A program made the position numbers and the translations under genes. DNA of 64,000 nt from Candidatus Brocadiia bacterium (GTDB lineage Bacteria; Planctomycetota; PUPC01; DSUN01), in NCBI GenBank assembly GCA_046538415.1, contig JBKHIY010000006.1, positions 18,178 through 82,177 of the forward strand, in the 5' to 3' direction. This document shows positions 29,133-37,758 of the stretch, one piece after another. How positions within the stretch are numbered: position 1 is the first letter of the stretch; each line of letters starts with the position of its first letter. A model generated the notes under the pieces. The model saw nothing but the letters and a program-made list of their open reading frames with translations, was not told the DNA's origin and made no database searches.

Positions 29133-30122
29133 ATGGACCGGCTGCTCACCATCCGCGACCTTCACACCCACTTCTTCCTCGACGAGGGCACGGTGCGCGC
29201 GGTGGACGGGGTGGACCTCGATATTCCTCCTCGCACCACCGTCGGCCTGGTGGGGGAGAGCGGATGCGGGAAGAGCGTCACCGCCCTGTCCATCCTCCAG
29301 CTCGTCCGCCCCCCGGGCCGCGTGGTGGGCGGCCGGGTGATGCTGCATAGGGACGGAGAGGCCGTGGAGCTGACCAAGCTGGACCCCCACAGCCGGGCCA
29401 TTCGCCAGGTGCGGGGCAACGACATCGCCATGATCTTCCAGGAGCCGATGACCTCCCTGAACCCTGTGTACACCGTCGGCGACCAGATCGCCGAGGCGGT
29501 CAGGCTCCACCAGCGGCTGGACCGCCGACGGGCCTGGGCGCGGGCCGAGGAGATGCTCGTCCGGGTGGGCATCCCCGGACCGCGGCAGCGGGCCCGCGAG
29601 TATCCTCACCAGCTCTCCGGCGGGATGCGGCAGCGGGCGATGATCGCCATGGCCCTTTCGTGTAGCCCCGCTCTCCTCATCGCCGACGAGCCCACCACGG
29701 CCCTCGACGTGACCATCCAGGCCCAGGTGCTGGACCTTATGCGCGACCTCCAGGAGCAGATGGGGATGGCCATCCTCCTCATCACCCACGACCTGGGCGT
29801 GATCGCCGACATGGCCGAGACCGTCGTGGTCATGTACGCCGGTCGGGTGGTGGAGAGGGGCCCCGCTGATGCGATCTTCTACGAGCCGCTCCACCCTTAC
29901 ACCCAGGGGCTCCTGACCTCCATTCCCGTCCTGGGCAAGCGGGTGGGACAGCGTCTGCGCTCCATTCCGGGCACCGTGCCCCACGCCCTGGTGCTTCCCC
30001 GGGGGTGCGCCTTCCAGCCCCGCTGCGACCGCCGCATGGCAGCTTGTGGCCACATGCCCCGGCTGGAGGAGATCGCCCCCGGCCACTGGGTCCGTTGCTG
30101 GCTGCATACGAAGTCGGGATAG
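29133..30122 (+). CDS. ABC transporter ATP-binding protein (OppD/DppD type)
   Basis: Walker A GESGCGKS, signature LSGGMRQR, Walker [13 protein letters not shown], and the C-terminal Opp-type extension with Cys residues. Confidence 0.9.
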   Translation: MDRLLTIRDLHTHFFLDEGTVRAVDGVDLDIPPRTTVGLVGESGCGKSVTALSILQLVRPPGRVVGGRVMLHRDGEAVELTKLDPHSRAIRQVRGNDIAMIFQEPMTSLNPVYTVGDQIAEAVRLHQRLDRRRAWARAEEMLVRVGIPGPRQRAREYPHQLSGGMRQRAMIAMALSCSPALLIADEPTTALDVTIQAQVLDLMRDLQEQMGMAILLITHDLGVIADMAETVVVMYAGRVVERGPADAIFYEPLHPYTQGLLTSIPVLGKRVGQRLRSIPGTVPHALVLPRGCAFQPRCDRRMAACGHMPRLEEIAPGHWVRCWLHTKSG

Positions 30123-30125
30123 CCG

Positions 30126-31124
30126 TTGGATACCATCCTGGACGTTCGCGGCCTGAAGAAGCACTTCCCCATCCGCAAGGGGGTGTTCAAGCGCACGGTG
30201 GGCCACGTGAAGGCCGTGGACGGGGTGAGCTTCCAGCTCCACCGGGGCGAGACCCTGGGGCTGGTGGGGGAGAGCGGCTGCGGGAAGACCACCACCGGCC
30301 GGTGCCTGATGCGCCTCGTGGAGCCTACGGCGGGCGAGGTGCGCTTCGGCTCCGACGGCGTGGACCTGTGCGCCGTGGGGCCGGCCAGGATCAAGGCCTA
30401 CCGTCCCCGGATGCAGATGATCTTCCAGGACCCCAATAGCTCGCTCAACCCGCGCATGTCGGTGGGCGACATCGTGGGCGAGCCGCTGCGGGTCAACCGC
30501 GTGGCCAAGGGCCGGGCACTGTCCGACCGCGTGGCATCGCTGCTGGAGTCGGTGGGACTGCGCGGCTCGGACGCCCGCCGCTATCCGCACGCCTTCAGCG
30601 GCGGACAGCGCCAGCGCATCGGGATCGCCCGCGCCCTGGCCCTCGAGCCGGAGCTGATCATTGCGGACGAGCCGGTCTCCGCCCTCGACGTCTCGGTACA
30701 GGCCCAGATCCTGAACCTCCTGGCGACGCTGCGCGAGCGGCGGCGCTTCTCCTGCATCTTCATCGCCCACGACCTGAGCGTGGTGGAGCACATCAGCGAC
30801 CGCGTGGCGGTGATGTACCTGGGGCGGGTGGTCGAGGTCAGCGACGCGGCGGTGCTGTATCGCTCCCCGCAGCATCCCTACACGGAGGCCCTGATCTCCG
30901 CCATCCCCATGGCGGATCCCCGGGCCCAACGCAGCCGCGAGCACATCCGCCTGGAGGGCGACGTGCCCGATCCCTCCTGCCCCCCGCCAGGGTGCCACTT
31001 CCACCCCCGCTGCCGCTACGCCCAGGAGCGATGCAGGGAAGAAGAGCCCCGCCTGCGCCAGGTGGCGGACGGGGTGCAGGCGGCGTGCCACTTCAGCGAC
31101 GAGCTTACGCTCAAGGGGGTGTGA
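30126..31124 (+). CDS. ABC transporter ATP-binding protein (OppF/DppF type)
   Basis: Walker [10 protein letters not shown], signature FSGGQRQR, Walker [13 protein letters not shown], and a C-terminal [12 protein letters not shown] motif. TTG start. Confidence 0.9.
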   Translation: MDTILDVRGLKKHFPIRKGVFKRTVGHVKAVDGVSFQLHRGETLGLVGESGCGKTTTGRCLMRLVEPTAGEVRFGSDGVDLCAVGPARIKAYRPRMQMIFQDPNSSLNPRMSVGDIVGEPLRVNRVAKGRALSDRVASLLESVGLRGSDARRYPHAFSGGQRQRIGIARALALEPELIIADEPVSALDVSVQAQILNLLATLRERRRFSCIFIAHDLSVVEHISDRVAVMYLGRVVEVSDAAVLYRSPQHPYTEALISAIPMADPRAQRSREHIRLEGDVPDPSCPPPGCHFHPRCRYAQERCREEEPRLRQVADGVQAACHFSDELTLKGV

Positions 31125-31125
31125 G

Positions 31126-33063
31126 ATGCGACGGTGGGGAGCGCTCCTCGTCCTGGCCGCCTTCGGCCTCGCCTCCTGCGGGCGCAGCCGCGAGGAAGAC
31201 CCCCGCTTGGCCGCGTATCCTGCTGGCACCGAGGCCAAGGAGGCGCCCCTGCTTGCCCTCCAGGTGGAGGCGGGCACGCTGCCTCCCCTCGAGGAGCGGC
31301 TGCCCGTGGAGCCGCTGGTCGCCAAGCACGACTACGAAGGCTACGAGGGGCCGGGCGTCTACGGCGGCACCTGGCACCGCTTCCACACCAACCCAGGGAT
31401 GGGGGCGTGGAAGATGGTGGCCGGCTACGCCCCGCTCATCCGCTGGCGCTACGACTGCCTGGGGCTCGAGCCGGGTACCGCTCGCTCCTACGAGTTCAAC
31501 GCCGACGGCACCCGGCTCACCATCCACCTGCGGCGGGGCATGAAGTGGTCGGACGGCCATCCCTTCACCTCCGAGTCGTTCGCCTTCTTCTGGGAGCTGT
31601 GCCAGGACGACCGCCACTCCTACCAGCCCCCGGTGTGGAGCCTGGTGGAAGGGGAGCCGATGACCGTGGAGACCCCCGACGACTACACCATCGTGATGAA
31701 GTTCCCCGGGCCGAACTGGCTGGTGCCCCTGTGGCTGGCCACCGGCTTCTGGGAGCCGGAGCGCTACAACATCCCCAAGCACTACATGGTCCAGTTCCAC
31801 CCCGACTACAGCGACGAGCACGAAGACTTCCGGGAGTTTGAGCGCAAGGACCTCCGCCACCGAAACCCCGACCGCCCCACCCTCTGGCCCTGGCGCCTGG
31901 TCCGCTACGAGGAGGGGGGATACCGCGTGGTCTACGAGCGGAATCCCTACTACTACGTGGTGGACGACCTGGGCCGTCAGCTCCCTTACATCGACCGCGT
32001 GAAGAGCCACCTGGTGCCCGACGCCCAGGTGCGAGTGCTCAAGATCCTGGCCGGCGAGATCGACCTCCAGTACCGCGGGGCGGAGCTGCGCGACCTCGCC
32101 TTGTTCCTCAAGAACGAGCGGCAAGGCGGCTACCGGGTGTTCCGACGGTGGACCAGCGCCAGCGGGGCTAACCCCGCCATCCTGCTCAACTGGTCGGCCC
32201 CCGACCCCGTGCTGCGCAAGCTCATTCGCGACAAGCGCTTCCGACGAGCCCTGTCCTACGCCATCGACCGCGAGCGCTGCAACGAGATCGCCTGGCGCGG
32301 CCTCCTCCAGCCCCAGAACGCCACCATCAGCCGCGAGGCCTGGCACTTCGCCAGCCCCGAGGGCCAGAAGCTCTTCGAGGAGTGGAAGAATGCCTTCGCC
32401 GACTACGACCCCGAGAAGGCCAACCGACTGCTCGACGACATGGGGCTCACCGAGCGCGACGACGAGGGCCACCGACTGCGGCCCGACGGCGAGCGCCTGA
32501 CCCTGGTCATGGACTTCCCCAGCTCCAGGGACAGCATCCAGGAGAACGACATCGGGCTGATCGTCCAGGAGTGTTGGCGGGCCATCGGCGTCCACGCCGT
32601 CATCCACACTCCGCCGGGGGCCGAGATGGGCCTTCGCCGCACCCTGGGGAAGTACACGGTGAGCATCCACGGATTGGCCGAGATGGACCTGTTCACCTAC
32701 CCCGACTGGGTGTTCCCCACCCGGCCCCTCCGCTGGCACCCCAAGGTGGGGCTCTGGTACCAGACCGGCGGCAGGAAGGGCGAGCCGCCCACCGGGCCGC
32801 TGCGAGACCTCCTGGACATCTACGACGAGATGAAGCGCGAGAAGAACCTCCAGCGGCGCCACCAGTACGTCCACCAGGCGGTGCGCATCCACATCGACGA
32901 GGGGCCCTTCTGCCTGGGCACCGTGGCCCGTCTGCCCCACCTGGTGATCGTCTCGAACCGGATGCACAACGTGCCCAGGACGGGCATCCTCGGCCCATGG
33001 GCCATCGCCCAGCCGGCCACCAGCTACCCCGAGCAGGTGTTCATCCGGGAGGGAGGGGAATGA
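31126..33063 (+). CDS. ABC transporter substrate-binding lipoprotein (family 5, peptide/nickel/oligosaccharide type)
   Basis: Lipobox LAAFGLASCG. Family-5 SBP features throughout (KWSDGHPFTSESF, YERNPYYY, NATISREAW). 645 aa. Confidence 0.85.
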   Translation: MRRWGALLVLAAFGLASCGRSREEDPRLAAYPAGTEAKEAPLLALQVEAGTLPPLEERLPVEPLVAKHDYEGYEGPGVYGGTWHRFHTNPGMGAWKMVAGYAPLIRWRYDCLGLEPGTARSYEFNADGTRLTIHLRRGMKWSDGHPFTSESFAFFWELCQDDRHSYQPPVWSLVEGEPMTVETPDDYTIVMKFPGPNWLVPLWLATGFWEPERYNIPKHYMVQFHPDYSDEHEDFREFERKDLRHRNPDRPTLWPWRLVRYEEGGYRVVYERNPYYYVVDDLGRQLPYIDRVKSHLVPDAQVRVLKILAGEIDLQYRGAELRDLALFLKNERQGGYRVFRRWTSASGANPAILLNWSAPDPVLRKLIRDKRFRRALSYAIDRERCNEIAWRGLLQPQNATISREAWHFASPEGQKLFEEWKNAFADYDPEKANRLLDDMGLTERDDEGHRLRPDGERLTLVMDFPSSRDSIQENDIGLIVQECWRAIGVHAVIHTPPGAEMGLRRTLGKYTVSIHGLAEMDLFTYPDWVFPTRPLRWHPKVGLWYQTGGRKGEPPTGPLRDLLDIYDEMKREKNLQRRHQYVHQAVRIHIDEGPFCLGTVARLPHLVIVSNRMHNVPRTGILGPWAIAQPATSYPEQVFIREGGE

Positions 33064-34049
33064 CCGCTTACATCATCCGCCGCATCCTCCTGGCCATTCC
33101 CACCCTGCTGGCCATTTCCATCATCTCCTTCGTGATCATCCAACTCCCCGAGGGCGACTACCTGGACCGCCGCATCCAGGAACTCGAGGAGCGCTACGGC
33201 GATAGCACCAGCGCCCGCGCCCGGGCCGAGGAGCTGCGACAGCGCTACGGCCTGCGGGAGCCCATGTGGCGGCGCTACCTGATGTGGATCGGGGGCTTCG
33301 TGCGGGGCGACTTCGGGGAGTCGTTCGAGTACGAATGGGAGGTGAACCAGCTCATCTGGGAGCGGCTGGGCCTCACGGTGCTCATCGCCGCGGCCTCGCT
33401 GCTGTTCAGCTACGCGGTGGCCATCCCCCTGGGCATCTATTCGGCCACTCACCAGTACAAGTGGTCCGACCACTTCCTGACGTTCCTGGCCTTCGTGGGG
33501 ATGTCGGTGCCCGCCTTCCTGGTGGCCCTGGCTCTTATGGTGTTCGCCTTCGAGGTCTTTCGCGTGCCCCTTTTCGGCCTTTTCTCCTCCTACTACGAGG
33601 GGGCCCCCTGGACCTGGGGCAAGCTGGGCGACCTGCTCAAGCACCTGTGGATCCCCGTCATCGTGGTGGGGATCAACGGCACCGCGGGGCTGATGCGCAT
33701 CATGCGGGGCAACCTGCTCGACGTGCTCGGCCAGCCCTTCGTCCTCACCGCCCGGGCCAAGGGCCTCAAGGAGCGGGTGGTGGTGGTCAAGCACGCCGTG
33801 CGCATCGCCATCAACCCCCTGATCAGCATCCTGGGGATGAGCCTGCCCCGCATCCTGTCCGGCTCCGCTATCGTCTCCATCGTGCTTGGGCTCCCCACCG
33901 TGGGGCCGCTGCTCCTGCGCAGCCTGACCCACGAGGACGTCTACCTCGCGGGTACCCTCATCATGATGCTCAGTATCCTCCTCGTGGTGGGCAACCTACT
34001 CGCGGACATCGCCCTCGCGTGGGCCGACCCGAGGATTCGCTATGAGTGA
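33060..34049 (+). CDS. ABC transporter permease (OppB/DppB type)
   Basis: ATGA overlap with the SBP gene. MTAYIIRRILLAIPTLLAISIISFVIIQL is the canonical N-terminus. The EAA-loop region is LTARAKGLKERVVVVKHAVRIA. Confidence 0.9.
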   Translation: MTAYIIRRILLAIPTLLAISIISFVIIQLPEGDYLDRRIQELEERYGDSTSARARAEELRQRYGLREPMWRRYLMWIGGFVRGDFGESFEYEWEVNQLIWERLGLTVLIAAASLLFSYAVAIPLGIYSATHQYKWSDHFLTFLAFVGMSVPAFLVALALMVFAFEVFRVPLFGLFSSYYEGAPWTWGKLGDLLKHLWIPVIVVGINGTAGLMRIMRGNLLDVLGQPFVLTARAKGLKERVVVVKHAVRIAINPLISILGMSLPRILSGSAIVSIVLGLPTVGPLLLRSLTHEDVYLAGTLIMMLSILLVVGNLLADIALAWADPRIRYE

Positions 34050-35190
34050 TCCGCGCCCGGAAGGCCAGCCGCCGGAGCCCGCCGAACAGGCCGCCGCGGA
34101 CCAGCAGCCCCAGCTCCCCGGGGCGGCCATGCCCGCCGGCGCGCCCGAAGCCGCGCTCGGCACCCTCAGCTACCGCCAGCTCATCTGGCGACGCTTCCGC
34201 CGCCGCAAGCTGGCCCTGGGCTGCGGAGCCATCCTGGCCGTCTTCTACGTGGTGGCCATCGGGGCCGGCTTCTTCGCCCCCTATCACTACAACAAGATGA
34301 GCGTTCGCCTCCGCCACGTGCCCCCTCAGCGGCTCCACTTCTCCTGGGACCGGGGGCTGTACGTCTACGCCCTCAAGTCGGTGCGAAACCCTGAGACCCT
34401 GGAGATCGAGTACGCCGCCGACCCCTCCGAGCCCCGGCCCGTGCGGTTCCTGCACCGCGACGAGGAGGGGAGGGTGCATCTGCTCAGCTCGGACGGCCCG
34501 ATGTTCCTCCTGGGCACCGACCGGATGGGCCGCGACCTGCTCTCGCGGATCATCTACGGGGGCCGCGTGTCGCTGACCGTGGGGCTGGTGGGGGTGTTCC
34601 TGAGCCTGGTGCTGGGCTCCATCCTGGGCACCCTGTCGGGCTACTTCGGGGGGTGGGTGGACATGGGGGTCCAGCGGTTCATCGAGATTCTGGCCGCGTT
34701 TCCGGCCATTCCGCTTTGGATGGCCCTGGCCGCGGCGCTGCCGCCGGGATGGTCGAGCATCAAGGTCTACTTCGGGATCACGGTGATCCTCTCCCTGGTG
34801 GGCTGGGGCGGGCTGGCCCGCCAGGTGCGGGGCAAGGTGCTGGCCTACCGCGAGCAGGAGTTCGTGATGGCCGCCCGTGCGGCCAACGCCGGGCACTGGC
34901 ACATCATCACCCGCCACCTGCTGCCCGGCTGCTACAGCCACATCATCGTGATCTCCACGCTGGCCATCCCGGGCATGATTCTGGGGGAGACGGCCCTCAG
35001 CTTCCTCGGCCTGGGCATTCGCCCGCCGATGACCAGTTGGGGCGTCCTGCTCGAGGAGGCCCAGCGGGTCACCGTGCTGCTGCACTATCCCTGGTTGCTC
35101 TTCCCCGCCGTGCCCGTCCTGGTCACCGTCATCTGCTTCAATTTCCTGGGCGACGCCCTCCGCGACGCCGCCGACCCCTACTCCGATTAG
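34042..35190 (+). CDS. ABC transporter permease (OppC/DppC type)
   Basis: 8-nt overlap with the previous permease. A Pro/Gln-rich N-terminal extension precedes the OppC-type core (LGTDRMGRDLLSRIIYGGRVSL; FVMAARAANAGHWHIITRHLLP). Confidence 0.9.
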   Translation: MSDPRPEGQPPEPAEQAAADQQPQLPGAAMPAGAPEAALGTLSYRQLIWRRFRRRKLALGCGAILAVFYVVAIGAGFFAPYHYNKMSVRLRHVPPQRLHFSWDRGLYVYALKSVRNPETLEIEYAADPSEPRPVRFLHRDEEGRVHLLSSDGPMFLLGTDRMGRDLLSRIIYGGRVSLTVGLVGVFLSLVLGSILGTLSGYFGGWVDMGVQRFIEILAAFPAIPLWMALAAALPPGWSSIKVYFGITVILSLVGWGGLARQVRGKVLAYREQEFVMAARAANAGHWHIITRHLLPGCYSHIIVISTLAIPGMILGETALSFLGLGIRPPMTSWGVLLEEAQRVTVLLHYPWLLFPAVPVLVTVICFNFLGDALRDAADPYSD

Positions 35191-35255
35191 CCCCAGGATG
35201 CCCCCGAGCACGGACGCCTCGCCTCCACTTGGGCAATCAAGCCATCGAGCGCCGC

Positions 35256-35284
35256 TTGAACCGGCGGGCGCCGGAAGCTACACT
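35256..35284 (+). promoter_or_regulatory. Sigma70-like promoter, TTGAAC-17-TACACT
   Basis: Hexamers at 35256-35261 and 35279-35284 in the 140-nt gap between the ABC permease and the beta-helix gene. Confidence 0.35.
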
Positions 35285-35330
35285 GGCGCGGGCAGACAGG
35301 CCGACGAGAACACGCTGGCACGAATCGGAG

Positions 35331-37742
35331 ATGCTCGTGCACACTTGGCACAAAAGCGGCAGCCTTTCTGTATCGGCGCGACGGAACGGCGTCGAGCAGC
35401 AAACGGTCTGTAGAGCGGCGCTCGCCTTCTCGCTCCTTTGGGCCGTGCTCTGCGCTGGCGCCCCTGTCCTTGCCGCGGAGTATGTGTTCCCCGAGGATGC
35501 GAAGATCATCGACGTCAAGCGCGACTTCGGCGCCAAGGGCGATGGGGAGACCGACGACACCGAAGCGATCTGGAAGGCCATCGTGGCGTCCCTCGAGGGC
35601 GACTATCGCAACCCGCCGTTCATCTACCTGCCCGAGGGCACGTATCTGCTCAGCGGCTCGCTCAAGGCGCGGATCACGGACAAGCCGGAGGGGCAGGGCG
35701 GCTGGAGCGACGGCTGGCGCAGCGGCATGGCCCTGGTCGGCCAGAGCCGGGAGCGCACCATCCTCCGGCTCAAGGATAGCTGTCCTGGCTTCGGCGACCG
35801 CTCGAAGCCCAAGGCCGTGCTCATCACCGGCTCCACGGGCCACGGGAAGGGCCACGACAGCCGCATCGGCGGCTGGGGCAACGAGGCCTTCCAGAACTAC
35901 CTTCTGAACTTCACGGTGGACGTCGGAAGCGGGAACCCGGGAGCCATCGGCGTGGACTTCCTGGCCAGCAACCGAGGGGCCATGGACGGGATCACCATCC
36001 GCAGCAGCGACCCTGAGAAGGCCGGCTTCTGCGGCATCGACATGACCAGGGCCTGGCCCGGGCCGGCCCTGGTGAAGAACGTCGCGGTGGACGGCTTCGA
36101 CTACGGCATTCGACAGCGCCACATGGACTGCGGGATGGTCTTCGAGCACATCACCCTGACCGGCCAGAGGAAGCTGGCCATCGAGGCCAGGGGCAGCCCC
36201 ACGATGAGCCTGCGCGGGGTGGTCAGCCGCAACGCGGTGCCCGTCTTCCGCTCCGTCGAGGGCGGCCGGGGGATGTTCATGTTCCTCGACAGCTCCTTCA
36301 CCTATACTGGCGAGGGAACGGGCGCCACGGCCATCTACAATGCCGACAACCTGTTCCTCAAGAACGTCCAGGTCGAAGGCTATCCTACGCTCGTGGACAA
36401 CGAGGGCGGGAAGCTGCGGGAGGCCCTCAGGCTCGATGGCGGACGGGGCCGCGTCGACCAGTACTTCTCCCGCGACCCCCTGCGGCTCTTCCCCGGGCCG
36501 GAGCGGGTGCCCGACCTGCCGATCAAGGAGACGCCCGTCTGGCATTCGACGGATCTTGCCCAGTGGGCGAACGTGGCCGACTACGGGGCCTACCCCAGAG
36601 GAACCCCCCGCGAGTTCACCACCCAGGTGGCCATCGAACGGGTGGACCCCAAGGTGGACTTCGGATGGGGCGGCGGCGGGCCGGGGAAGGTCGGGAACGA
36701 CAATTTCTCCATCCGCTGGACAGGCCAGATAGAGCCTCCAACGAGCGGGGAGTACACCTTCTACGTAGACCTCAACGACCAGGCGCGTCTCTGGGTCGAC
36801 GGCAAGCTGATCGTCGACGAATGGGAGGGCTACCACAAAGGCGAGTACAAGGGCACCGCAGCGCTCCAGGCCGGCAAGCGCGTGCTCATCAAGCTGGAAT
36901 ACTGGGAGAGCGGCCACGACGCGTGGATCCGCCTCGCCTGGTCCGGTCCCGACGTCGAAAAGCAGATCGTCCCCACCGAGCACCTATACCCGACCACCGA
37001 GGCGAAGAAGCCAGGCGGGCTGACGGCTCACTACTATGGCAAGGGCAACCCCCAGTGCGCCTCCGCCATCCAGGAGGCCATCGACGCGGGCAAGCCCGTG
37101 GTCTACGTCCCCAACGGCCGCTACGCCGCCAACGGCACCATCGTCCTGCGCGGCAAGGTCAGGAAGCTCATCGGCATGGAGGCTGACCTGAAGAAAGCCA
37201 CCATTCGCTTCGACGGCGGAGGCCCGGACACGGTCTTCATCGAGCACCTCTCGGGCATTCACGTAGTCCACAACTGCGCCAACACCCTCGTCATCCGCCG
37301 ATGCAGTCTCGCCAAGTACGAAAACACCGACCAGGGCACGGGCGATGTGTTCATCGAGGACATCATGGGCGGGCACCCCCGCATCCATACGCCGCAGAAT
37401 CTCTGGGCCCGCCAGCTCAACTCCGAGTACGGTCGCATCCCTCAGTTCATCAACGACGGCGGCAAGGCCTGGATCCTGGGGATGAAGTGCGAGAGCAAGA
37501 TGCCGCTGATCATCAACAACGGCGGCATCGTCGAATGCTACGCCCTCTACTCGATGACCAACCCCAGGCCGGACCGGGACACACCCATGTTCGTCAACAA
37601 CCGGGGCCGCATGGCCGTGTCCTTCGCCGACGGTGGGCAGAAAAGCTACTGGACCAAGATCAAGGAAACCCGGGACGGCCGGACGAAGGTCGACCAGACC
37701 TGGCGGCGAGAGACTATGATGTACATCGGCGGCTCCCCGTAG
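35331..37742 (+). CDS. Secreted right-handed beta-helix (pectate-lyase-3 / GH55/GH28-like) protein with an internal PA14 domain
   Basis: Signal-like AALAFSLLWAVLCAGAPVLAAE. IDVKRDFGAKGDGETDDTEAIWKAI is the typical N-terminus of the Pectate_lyase_3 fold. PA14-like block FSIRWTGQIEPPTSGEYTFYVDLNDQARLWVDGKLIVDEW...IKLEYWESGHDAWIRLAWSGP. GTG at 35337 is an alternative start. The 5' part of track ORF 34653..37742 is an off-frame overlap with the permease. Confidence 0.75.
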   Translation: MLVHTWHKSGSLSVSARRNGVEQQTVCRAALAFSLLWAVLCAGAPVLAAEYVFPEDAKIIDVKRDFGAKGDGETDDTEAIWKAIVASLEGDYRNPPFIYLPEGTYLLSGSLKARITDKPEGQGGWSDGWRSGMALVGQSRERTILRLKDSCPGFGDRSKPKAVLITGSTGHGKGHDSRIGGWGNEAFQNYLLNFTVDVGSGNPGAIGVDFLASNRGAMDGITIRSSDPEKAGFCGIDMTRAWPGPALVKNVAVDGFDYGIRQRHMDCGMVFEHITLTGQRKLAIEARGSPTMSLRGVVSRNAVPVFRSVEGGRGMFMFLDSSFTYTGEGTGATAIYNADNLFLKNVQVEGYPTLVDNEGGKLREALRLDGGRGRVDQYFSRDPLRLFPGPERVPDLPIKETPVWHSTDLAQWANVADYGAYPRGTPREFTTQVAIERVDPKVDFGWGGGGPGKVGNDNFSIRWTGQIEPPTSGEYTFYVDLNDQARLWVDGKLIVDEWEGYHKGEYKGTAALQAGKRVLIKLEYWESGHDAWIRLAWSGPDVEKQIVPTEHLYPTTEAKKPGGLTAHYYGKGNPQCASAIQEAIDAGKPVVYVPNGRYAANGTIVLRGKVRKLIGMEADLKKATIRFDGGGPDTVFIEHLSGIHVVHNCANTLVIRRCSLAKYENTDQGTGDVFIEDIMGGHPRIHTPQNLWARQLNSEYGRIPQFINDGGKAWILGMKCESKMPLIINNGGIVECYALYSMTNPRPDRDTPMFVNNRGRMAVSFADGGQKSYWTKIKETRDGRTKVDQTWRRETMMYIGGSP

Positions 37743-37758
37743 CGGCGAAGAGGCGCCC

